Source: an uncultured Muribaculaceae bacterium (GTDB taxonomy: Bacteria; Bacillota_I; Bacilli_A; RF39; UBA660). Taken from it: a DNA stretch of 37,647 bases. The stretch is taken from NCBI GenBank assembly GCA_964591225.1, contig CAZQAO010000003.1, positions 1 to 37,647 of the forward strand, written 5' to 3'. The notes under the pieces were generated by a model that was given only the letters and a program-made list of their open reading frames with translations, was not told where the DNA came from and made no database searches. This document shows, piece after piece, positions 30,430-37,647 of this stretch (positions are counted from its first letter, which is position 1; every line of letters starts with the position of its first letter). The position numbers and the translations under genes were made by a program.

Positions 30430-30462
30430 ATTATATAATATTTAAAGTTACTAGTAGGTTAC
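30430..30462 (-). promoter_or_regulatory. Putative regulated promoter of the ABC/two-component operon, with a GTAAC-N6-GTAAC direct repeat
   Basis: Minus-strand -10 tataat (30435-30430). There is no good -35; instead two GTAAC pentamers (plus-strand gttac at 30447-30451 and 30458-30462) sit 11 bp apart over the -35 region. This is the geometry OmpR-family activators use. Confidence 0.35.
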
Positions 30463-30490
30463 AAAAAAGAAAAAAGGAAAAATTTCCTTT
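30460..30490 (-). terminator. Probable rho-independent terminator of valS
   Basis: Minus strand reads aaaggaa-attt-ttccttt followed by tttcttttttg. The stem is AT-rich and overlaps the valS stop codon. Confidence 0.5.
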
Positions 30491-33020
30491 AATCATCCAT
30501 TAAGGCTAATTTTTCCTCTTCTAATCGCAAACGTTCTTTTTCTTCCTCTACTAAATGTTGAGGTGCTTTGGTAACATAATTTTCGTTTGCTAATAAAGCT
30601 TTTCTTCTTGCAATACTGGCTACTAACCGAGCTTTTTCTTTTTTAATTAATTCTTGTTCTTCTAAAGTTACTACTTTTTCATAATAAATACTGGCTTCAT
30701 ATAACTTACTTTTTACTTTGTAGGCGGTAATATCAAGATCTTCAGTAGTTATTTTATCTGATATTTTTAATAATTTAATAATTAAATCATTATTTTCGGT
30801 AGAAGACAATTTAACTTTAAAATCTTTATCAATTTTATTTTCCGCCCGGATATGTAAAAATTCTTTAACAAATTCAAATAAATCATCTATTTCTTTTTCC
30901 GTTTCTTTATATACCTTAGTTTTATCATATAAAGGATAAGAGCTAATCATAATATTTTCTTCATGAAAAGGTACTAAACGATAGATTTCATCAGTTACAA
31001 AAGGCATAAAAGGATGAAGCATTTTTAAAATAGCTGATAAAGTATAAACAAGAGTACTTTGGGTTTTTACATCTTTAATACTAAACTTCGCCATTTCAAT
31101 ATACTTATCACAAAAATCATTCCAAATAAATTCATATAAAGTGGCTCCCACATTATTAAATTCATATTTTTCCATATATTTAGTAACTAATTTAATTGTT
31201 TGATTTAATTTAGTTAAAATCCATTGATCTTCCTTTTTTAAATTTCCAAATTGATAATCAGAATCTTTTAAATCTTGAACATTCATTAAAACAAACCGAG
31301 AAGCATTCCATAGTTTATTAATAAAATTCCAAGTAGATTTTATTTTTTCTTCATCAAACCGAATATCGGTCCCATTACTAGCGGAAGTAGCTAAGTAGTA
31401 ACGTAAGGAATCCGCTCCATATGTTTCGACCATATCCATAGGATCAATGCCATTACCTAGAGATTTCGAAAATTTCCGTCCTTGTTTATCCCGAATTAAA
31501 CCATGAATTAAACAATCTTTAAATGGTCTTTTCCCGGTAAACTCTAAAGCTTGAAAAGTCATTCGATTAACCCAAAACGGAATAATATCATAACCAGTTA
31601 CTAAACAATTATTAGGATAGTATCTTTTAAAATCTTCGGTTTCCACTGGCCAACCTAACGTCGAAAAAGGCCATAAAGCACTACTAAACCAAGTATCTAA
31701 AACATCTTCATCTTGAACCCATCCCTCTTCTTTAGGAGGATTCATTCCCACATAAACTTGATCTTCTTTATACCAAGCTGGAATTTGATGTCCCCACCAT
31801 AATTGTCTAGAGATACACCAGTCATAAGTAATTTCCATCCAATGATTCATTACTTTTTCATAACGAGCTGGGATAAAATTTACTTTAGTGTCTTTATTTT
31901 TTTGATTTTTTAAAACTTGGTCAGCTAAAGGACGCATTTTGACAAACCATTGCTTTGATAAATAAGGTTCGACAACTGCATCACTTCGCTCAGAATGACC
32001 AACATTATGAACCATTGGTTCAATTTTAATTAATAAATTAGCTTCTTGTAAATCTTTTACTAACTCTTTGCGACAGACAAAACGATCCATTCCCGCATAC
32101 TTACCACATTTATCATTCATCGTCCCATTTGGTTCCATAACTACAATTTTTTCTAAATTATGTCTTAAACCAACTTCATAATCATTAGGATCATGAGCGG
32201 GAGTAATTTTCACTACCCCAGTTCCAAATTCCATATCGGCATGTAAATCAGCTACAACGGGAATTAAGCGATTAACAATTGGTAAAACAACATTTTGACC
32301 AATATATTTTTGATAACGTTTATCATGAGGATTAACGGCTACAGCGGTATCACCAAATAAAGTTTCTGGTCGCGTCGTAGCTACTTCTAAATATTCGGTT
32401 TTACTACCCTCTAAGAAATATTTTAGATGATAAAAAGCACCCTTATCTTCTTTAAAAATAACTTCTTCATTCGATAAGGCTGTCATAGCGACGGGATCCC
32501 AATTAATAATGCGTTCGCCCCGATAGATAAGACCTTTATTATATAAATCGACAAAAACTTTTCGGACTGCTAAAGATAAGCCTTCATCTAAGGTAAATCT
32601 TTCTTTACTATAATCGAGTGATAAACCTAAAACTGCCCATTGCTCATGAATATTTTGCGCATATTCTTCTTTCCATTCCCAAGCTTTTTTTAACCACTCT
32701 TCTCTTTTCATCGACCGGGGTTCAATGCCCTCTTCTTTTAACTTTTTATCTACTTTAGCTTGAGTAGCAATACCAGCATGATCCATACCGGGTAACCATA
32801 GAGCATCATAACCTTGCATTCTTTTAAAACGAATAATAATATCTTGTAAAGTAGTATCCCAGGCATGACCTAAATGAAGTTTACCTGTTACATTAGGTGG
32901 GGGAATAACAATAGCATAGGGTTTCTTAGTTTTATCACCACTACTAAAATAGCCTTTTTCTTTCCAATAAGCATATTTACCTTGTTCAACAGCTTTATGA
33001 TCATATTTTTTATCTAACAT
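30489..33020 (-). CDS. valS: Valine--tRNA ligase
   Basis: HIGH motif ([13 protein letters not shown]), KMSKS motif (KFSKSLGN), editing domain, C-terminal coiled coil. ATG 33020 ([19 protein letters not shown]) is preferred. The track's TTG 33038 directly abuts the leader terminator T-tract and has no RBS. Confidence 0.97.
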   Translation of the reverse strand: MLDKKYDHKAVEQGKYAYWKEKGYFSSGDKTKKPYAIVIPPPNVTGKLHLGHAWDTTLQDIIIRFKRMQGYDALWLPGMDHAGIATQAKVDKKLKEEGIEPRSMKREEWLKKAWEWKEEYAQNIHEQWAVLGLSLDYSKERFTLDEGLSLAVRKVFVDLYNKGLIYRGERIINWDPVAMTALSNEEVIFKEDKGAFYHLKYFLEGSKTEYLEVATTRPETLFGDTAVAVNPHDKRYQKYIGQNVVLPIVNRLIPVVADLHADMEFGTGVVKITPAHDPNDYEVGLRHNLEKIVVMEPNGTMNDKCGKYAGMDRFVCRKELVKDLQEANLLIKIEPMVHNVGHSERSDAVVEPYLSKQWFVKMRPLADQVLKNQKNKDTKVNFIPARYEKVMNHWMEITYDWCISRQLWWGHQIPAWYKEDQVYVGMNPPKEEGWVQDEDVLDTWFSSALWPFSTLGWPVETEDFKRYYPNNCLVTGYDIIPFWVNRMTFQALEFTGKRPFKDCLIHGLIRDKQGRKFSKSLGNGIDPMDMVETYGADSLRYYLATSASNGTDIRFDEEKIKSTWNFINKLWNASRFVLMNVQDLKDSDYQFGNLKKEDQWILTKLNQTIKLVTKYMEKYEFNNVGATLYEFIWNDFCDKYIEMAKFSIKDVKTQSTLVYTLSAILKMLHPFMPFVTDEIYRLVPFHEENIMISSYPLYDKTKVYKETEKEIDDLFEFVKEFLHIRAENKIDKDFKVKLSSTENNDLIIKLLKISDKITTEDLDITAYKVKSKLYEASIYYEKVVTLEEQELIKKEKARLVASIARRKALLANENYVTKAPQHLVEEEKERLRLEEEKLALMDD

Positions 33021-33039
33021 TTTATCCCTTCTTTCCAAT

Positions 33040-33265
33040 AAAAAAACTCTTTCCTTCTTATAAAGGACGAGTTTTCCCGCGGTACCACCTTAATTCATAC
33101 CATGTATGCACTTATTTTCGATAACCGTCGAAAGCGGAAAAAACTTACTTACCATAAGTTTAATAGCTCCACTGCAACCTTCAATAAAAATTGTACTTAT
33201 TTGCACCATCCATAAGTTCTCTTTAAAGCAATTATTTATTTACTCCTCAGTTTCTTGGCCTTTGT
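33040..33265 (-). promoter_or_regulatory. T-box riboswitch leader of valS
   Basis: Minus strand carries the T-box core aattaaggtggtaccgcggg (33095-33076). A terminator follows: aaaactcgtcctt-tataag-aaggaaagagtttt plus a T-run, at about 33043-33075. Stem I elements aaagagaac and ggtgcaa are present. Candidate valine specifiers are GUU in gaaGGTTg (33178-33176) or GUA in aaGTAc; I could not decide between them by eye. Confidence 0.85.
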
Positions 33266-33268
33266 ATT

Positions 33269-33297
33269 ATTCTAACGTATAATTTATTCAATTGCAA
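33269..33297 (-). promoter_or_regulatory. Putative SigA promoter of the valS leader (TTGCAA-17-TAGAAT)
   Basis: Minus strand has ttgcaa (33297-33292), a 17-nt spacer, then tagaat (33274-33269). The -35 lies inside the last codons of the upstream ORF. Confidence 0.4.
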
Positions 33298-34225
33298 TAA
33301 TTTCTTCTAACGAACCTTTATAATTTACTTGAATTTCATCATAATCAGTAACTAATTCAATATCTTCTATAGAAGTAACTGGATACATTTGACTTACTTG
33401 TTCGCTCGTACTTAAATTATATAAGTAAAAATTAGAATTCAGATCAATAATTTCTAAATATTTATTATAAAAATTAATATAATTTAAATTTTCTAAATAT
33501 ACTCTTTCTTTATAATCCATTAATTTCATTTGATTTTCTAACTTAATCACAATATATTCATTATTATAAGAAAATAAATCTTCAGCTAACGTTTCCGTAT
33601 AAGTAGCGCCATCAGCTCCAATTAATTGCCAACTATTCTCTCGGTAGACAGCAAAGACACCTGAAGAAATTTTATTTTCATTTTCGTCAATGTGATTAGC
33701 CAGTCCAATATAATCATATTGAAAAGGAATATGGACATTTACGCCATTTTTAAAAGATATAACTCCCCATAAATCATCGTCATTTTGTAAGATATAATAA
33801 TCTCCAACAATTCCAATACCATAATTTTTAACTTGCTTATAAGTACCAATTACCCTTTGTAATTCAATATCATATAACGAAATTAAACCCTCTTCTTTTT
33901 GATTAGTATCGGTTAGAAAAGCATAACGATTTTTAATCACCGGCAATTCCTGATTTTCTTCGCTAACTGGTTCAGCTAAAGACGATTCACTCTTCGTTGA
34001 AGTTTTAGCTAAATTACAATTATTAACATAATTACAAGTATAAGTACCAACTAACGTATCTTGATTATAGAAATACAACTTACCATTATATTTAAAATCA
34101 TGATTAGGGTTTTCTTCTTCCACATGAGTTCCTTGAAAATGCTTAACAGTTCCATATATAGCTGTCGGAACAAAGATTATTAATAAAACAATAATAGTCC
34201 AAAAAGTTATTTTTTTATTCTTCAT
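33284..34225 (-). CDS. Membrane-anchored extracytoplasmic protein with WG-like beta-repeat motifs (shorter paralog of 34215..36371)
   Basis: N-terminal TM helix (FWTIIVLLIIFVPTAIYG). Motifs GKLYFYNQDTLVGTYTCNYVNNCNLAKTS, RYAFLTD, SLYDIELQRVIGTY and DLWGVISFKNGVNVHIPFQYDYIGL. Its start overlaps the upstream gene by 11 nt. Confidence 0.7.
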   Translation of the reverse strand: MKNKKITFWTIIVLLIIFVPTAIYGTVKHFQGTHVEEENPNHDFKYNGKLYFYNQDTLVGTYTCNYVNNCNLAKTSTKSESSLAEPVSEENQELPVIKNRYAFLTDTNQKEEGLISLYDIELQRVIGTYKQVKNYGIGIVGDYYILQNDDDLWGVISFKNGVNVHIPFQYDYIGLANHIDENENKISSGVFAVYRENSWQLIGADGATYTETLAEDLFSYNNEYIVIKLENQMKLMDYKERVYLENLNYINFYNKYLEIIDLNSNFYLYNLSTSEQVSQMYPVTSIEDIELVTDYDEIQVNYKGSLEEIIAIE

Positions 34226-36371
34226 CTCTATCTTCTCCAGTCGGTATAGTAAATGTTGCTACGGGTTCATAAGTATTATCCGATTTACCTATTTGTACTT
34301 GATAAGAATTATTACTACTCGTTATTTTATAAGCCATCGTACCTTCACCATAATAGCGTTCTAACAAAAGATTAACTTCTATATTAAGTAAGTTTTCACG
34401 AGGATTCTCATAAGCATAGACCATTAATTTATGATCTTTGACAGCTGTAAAGAATTTATCATACAATCCAATATATTGATATCCCGTTTGATTTAATTTT
34501 TCCCCCCGATGATTATAAACATAATATTGATTATTTTCTAGGACAGTTACATAATTTTCATTATAATTCATAATTGGACCGGGAACAGAGGCAAAATCAC
34601 TATCTTCTTTAGTATTACGATTAATAAGAATAGTCCCACTATCATTTTTAGCTTCATAATAATCGCCAATTTTTTCAATTGCTTGGTATTGGAAAGGTAT
34701 ATGAGCAGTAACATCGCCACCTATTTTAATAACTCCATAAGCATTACTTTTATTACGAGCCACTACTTGTAAATCCGTAGCATTTTGGAAAGATACTTCT
34801 TCTAATCCTGTATGCGAATAAGTATTTACAGCACCATATTTACTAATAGTCTTCTTGGCTTTTAAATCATATAAAACTACAGTTTGATTAGCATCATTTT
34901 TTAAAGTCGGATTATCATTTAAGAATACAAAACGTTCATTAAAAATAGGAATAAAACCACTTACTAATAAAGTTTCAATTTCATTCTTTTCAAATAAAGT
35001 ATCTTTAGCTATGGAACAATTCGTTAAACTAATAGTATCTTTAGTAACTTCATTTCTATTATTACAAGTATAAGTTCCTAATAAATTTTTCTTTTCGCTA
35101 TCACGATAGAAATAAATCTTGCCATCAAAATAATTAAGATATTTTAGATTTTTATTTAATAACGCTTCTAACTTATTTAAAGTAATAGTATTTATAATTT
35201 TACCCTCACTATCAAATATAGATATCGTAATAATGGAATCATTTTCTTCTAAAGCAAACGATTTTAAAGTTTTAATTAATTTTTTATTTTCATCATAAAT
35301 ATTAGTAGTAACAAAATCGGTATTAACTAATACCATATCTTCTTCATGTAACTTAGTTTGATCATAAAATTGTAAATATAACTTATTATCTTTGACGATA
35401 GCAGCATATTCATCATATATTTCTAAATAAGTACAATCGGAAAATAACATATTGCCATTTAAATCATAAGCAGCATATTTACCTAAACTATCTTTAGACT
35501 TCACATAATTTTTTTGAATATTAGTAATTTCTCCCGGAATAGTTTTACTAACATTTTTACCATTTTCATCAATTAATACATTCCGATTTTGTTGTTTCGA
35601 AATATAATAATGACCTTCATTTTCTGTGTATCCTAAATAATCATAATCAAAAGCAATAGAAACTGTAATCATATCATTAATCGTTAATACGCCATATTGA
35701 CTTTGATCATTTTTAACAATAAAGTTATTTTCATTTGTTCCCTTTTTAACTAATTGATAAATTTCTTCGGCCGCATTTTTATTAGCTATATCATATAAAT
35801 AAATAGTATTTTCTTTTTCTTTACCATCATTTATAAAAACATAATTATTTTGAATAATTGGAATTCGTTCTGGAATAGGTGTACCATCTTCATATTGTTT
35901 CTTTAAAGTATCAAAAGAATCTTCTGTACTATAATAAGAGATATAACATAAATTTTCATCTTTATTCTTACAATCATAACGACCAATTTCTTCTTTATTT
36001 TCATCTAAAAAAACAAGGGTACCATTTTCATAGCGATAATTTTCTAATTCTACAATAACTTCTGGTTCTTCTTCTATAGGTTCCTCAGGTTCATTTTTTA
36101 AAAAATGACGGACTGTAAAAACAATTCCTACTACAATTAATGCTAGTATTAATATTAAGGAAATAATAAGTAGAATTTTTTTAGGTTTAGAAAGTTTATT
36201 CCACCATTTTTTTAATTTTCCTAACCGATTTTTTTTATTCTTTTTTTTCTTTTTAGATGAAGTGGATACTTCTTTTTTTTCTTCTTCTAATTTATTTTGA
36301 TCAATTAAATCATCCAAAGTATCAATTGGGGTTGTTGCATCTATATCTTTATTTTCGGTACTTTTTGGCAT
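34215..36371 (-). CDS. Large membrane-anchored extracytoplasmic protein with repeated Cys-motif / WG-like modules
   Basis: Lys-rich cytoplasmic N-terminus, a TM helix (ILLIISLILILALIVVGIVFTV), then repeated modules: GRYDCKNKDENLCYISYYS, GTYTCNNRNEVTKDTISLTNCSIAKDT, QYGVLTINDMITVSIAFDYDYLGY, AYGVIKIGGDVTAHIPFQYQAIEKIGDYY. ATG 36371 (RBS aaggaag 10 nt upstream) is preferred over GTG 36380. Confidence 0.7.
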   Translation of the reverse strand: MPKSTENKDIDATTPIDTLDDLIDQNKLEEEKKEVSTSSKKKKKNKKNRLGKLKKWWNKLSKPKKILLIISLILILALIVVGIVFTVRHFLKNEPEEPIEEEPEVIVELENYRYENGTLVFLDENKEEIGRYDCKNKDENLCYISYYSTEDSFDTLKKQYEDGTPIPERIPIIQNNYVFINDGKEKENTIYLYDIANKNAAEEIYQLVKKGTNENNFIVKNDQSQYGVLTINDMITVSIAFDYDYLGYTENEGHYYISKQQNRNVLIDENGKNVSKTIPGEITNIQKNYVKSKDSLGKYAAYDLNGNMLFSDCTYLEIYDEYAAIVKDNKLYLQFYDQTKLHEEDMVLVNTDFVTTNIYDENKKLIKTLKSFALEENDSIITISIFDSEGKIINTITLNKLEALLNKNLKYLNYFDGKIYFYRDSEKKNLLGTYTCNNRNEVTKDTISLTNCSIAKDTLFEKNEIETLLVSGFIPIFNERFVFLNDNPTLKNDANQTVVLYDLKAKKTISKYGAVNTYSHTGLEEVSFQNATDLQVVARNKSNAYGVIKIGGDVTAHIPFQYQAIEKIGDYYEAKNDSGTILINRNTKEDSDFASVPGPIMNYNENYVTVLENNQYYVYNHRGEKLNQTGYQYIGLYDKFFTAVKDHKLMVYAYENPRENLLNIEVNLLLERYYGEGTMAYKITSSNNSYQVQIGKSDNTYEPVATFTIPTGEDRDEE

Positions 36372-36401
36372 GTCTATCACACTTCCTTATTCTAGTATGC
36401 A

Positions 36402-37647
36402 TTATAACATAGAAGCTAAAAATTTAAAATATATTTTCAAGAACATAATATTCCAAAGGTTTATTAAATAGTAATTATTTCTATTACGCACTTTTAAAAT
36501 TTTTTTGATTTTGCGTAATAGAATTTTTAGAGAAGACACGCCAATCAGGAAGCGGGGACGAACACCAAGCGAGTTGTGCTCCGCGAGGGCGGCGTACGAA
36601 TAGCCACGGCCATCGACATCCGCGAAACAGTTCGATGATGCTACATCTTTGAGCCAGTAATGAAATTGTTGTCCATTATATGAATTAATTAATTCAGGTT
36701 TTAATCTAAATATGGCATATTGTTGATTATCTATTCCGGTATCCCATATACTTGATGATGCTACTATTCCTCCATATACATTCATCTCACTCATTAAATC
36801 TAATTTCCTTGTATACCATGTCCATCCTGAACTGGCTCCTTTATAATTTCCATCTGTAGTTACTCCAAATCGATTGGTTAATTTTTCATCTGTTTTATTT
36901 GTTAGCAAGTTTGAGTATGTGAGGACATGTTCAACACCACTTAATGTAAAATCTTCTTTTATATAGTTTTCATATATTTCATCTAATGTTCCTTTTCCAT
37001 CTCCAGGAGATGTACAATCTGATTGATTAACAGCCTTAACCATTTCACTCCCCGCATATCCACATTTTGTAGTATCTGTTGAATTCATTTTTGCATTCTC
37101 TAATGGCTTGGCGGGGATTATCGTAACATGATGTTGGGTTAATATACCATTATTACTTCCATTAATAGATGGACAACCTTCTCCATTACATCCTGTATAT
37201 CTATAATTGTCTATATCTGCTATTAACCAAGTAACTTCTTCATGTGTCTTACTTTCTATATAATCCCCAACATAGATATCATCAAATTGACCACTACTTA
37301 TAGATTGATAGAATTCTTCATTTAATTCTAGTTTCTTCCCTCTATACGTATTTCGTCTTAGGGCTATTCCTGCATCTATATGTTCTTGATATTCTGTTGC
37401 AGTTAATTTAGCTGTAAAATCTAATTTACATTTCGTTCCTGATGTTACATTTTCTAGTTTTAGATTCCACGCATTATAATCCCATGTTCCTTGTACTGGT
37501 GTTTCACTATTACCATTTTTACTACTACAATCTACTTTTACGTCGTAATACTTACCATCTTCACCATCTTTTTTTCTTCCTGGTAGTTTTGAATCTTCTT
37601 TTCCATCTACGGTGATGGCTACTTTGACATCATAGTCATAATCTGGT
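36402..37647 (-). CDS. Surface / receptor-binding-type protein with C-terminal lectin-like module carrying a GC-rich hypervariable-looking patch (5' end outside the window)
   Basis: The track lists only 36402..37088, from an internal Met. I checked every in-frame triplet from 37089 to 37646 and found no stop, so the ORF continues to the window edge (...PDYDYDVKVAITVDGKED...EVTWLIADIDNYRYTGCNGEGCPSINGSNNGILTQHHVTIIPAKPLENAKMNSTDTTKCGYAGSEM...). The C-terminus reads HYWLKDVASSNCFADVDGRGYSYAALAEHNSLGVRPRFLIG plus a 45-aa basic/hydrophobic tail. Confidence 0.8.
   Translation of the reverse strand, partial: PDYDYDVKVAITVDGKEDSKLPGRKKDGEDGKYYDVKVDCSSKNGNSETPVQGTWDYNAWNLKLENVTSGTKCKLDFTAKLTATEYQEHIDAGIALRRNTYRGKKLELNEEFYQSISSGQFDDIYVGDYIESKTHEEVTWLIADIDNYRYTGCNGEGCPSINGSNNGILTQHHVTIIPAKPLENAKMNSTDTTKCGYAGSEMVKAVNQSDCTSPGDGKGTLDEIYENYIKEDFTLSGVEHVLTYSNLLTNKTDEKLTNRFGVTTDGNYKGASSGWTWYTRKLDLMSEMNVYGGIVASSSIWDTGIDNQQYAIFRLKPELINSYNGQQFHYWLKDVASSNCFADVDGRGYSYAALAEHNSLGVRPRFLIGVSSLKILLRKIKKILKVRNRNNYYLINLWNIMFLKIYFKFLASML
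36479..36523 (-). repeat. Perfect 12-bp inverted repeat (ttctattacgca / tgcgtaatagaa) with 21-nt spacer, immediately 3' of the GC-rich patch
   Basis: Arms at 36479-36490 and 36512-36523, spacer 36491-36511. It lies inside the AT-rich tail of the ORF, about 16 nt from the end of the GC-rich island. Confidence 0.8.
36540..36660 (-). other. Candidate DGR variable region (VR): GC-rich, adenine-poor, NNC-codon island
   Basis: Hand count for 36540-36644 on the coding strand: A15, T28, G+C 62 of 105 (59% GC), against 13/60 GC in the adjacent 36661-36720. 15 of 35 codons are NNC and 22 of 35 end in G/C. The reading frame is preserved. No matching repeat was found in the window. Confidence 0.5.

Noticed and set aside
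36540-36644. GC-rich island as a tRNA, sRNA or other structured RNA gene embedded in AT-rich DNA
   Set aside because: I could not fold a cloverleaf or find a T-loop/anticodon arrangement. The segment keeps the surrounding reading frame open and encodes the conserved end of a protein module (…GVRP…) that is also present in a paralog. So it is coding sequence with aberrant composition.
36402-37088. Track ORF 36402..37088 as a complete 228-aa gene starting at Met 37088
   Set aside because: The frame is open upstream all the way to nt 37646 (checked triplet by triplet) and the upstream translation is protein-like. The listed Met is therefore internal to a larger, 5'-truncated ORF.

Overview
Low-GC (about 22-40% per 60-nt line by hand count) Bacillota/Mollicutes-like chromosomal segment. 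It reads intact under the standard code and is transcribed almost entirely from the minus strand. Most of it is conserved housekeeping sequence with Bacillus-like synteny: (1) trmK<sigA<dnaG; (2) uvrC / trxA / cvpA / rnhC; (3) the CIRCE-controlled heat-shock operon hrcA-grpE-dnaK-(pepF)-dnaJ, followed by mtaB; (4) a T-box-controlled valS. Accessory islands sit between these blocks: a pilD-pilC remnant next to a membrane-tethered XRE regulator; an orphan, degenerate RnfC/RnfD-like pair; two membrane proteins in the position where Bacillus has prmA-rsmE; a monocistronic unknown 417-aa gene; an ABC (MacB/FtsX-type) plus two-component module; and, at the 3' end, three surface-protein genes. The most unusual signal is in the last gene (36402..>37647, minus strand). 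A ~105-125 nt island (36540-36660) is 59% GC, adenine-poor and rich in NNC codons. It is embedded in ~22% GC DNA and encodes the C-terminal lectin-like '...GVRP' loop, with a perfect 12-bp inverted repeat just downstream. This matches the footprint of a diversity-generating retroelement (DGR) variable region, but I found no reverse transcriptase, Avd or template repeat in the window, so that call is an inference. I saw no rRNA, tRNA, CRISPR array or transposase. All family names come from motifs read by eye; no database search was possible.
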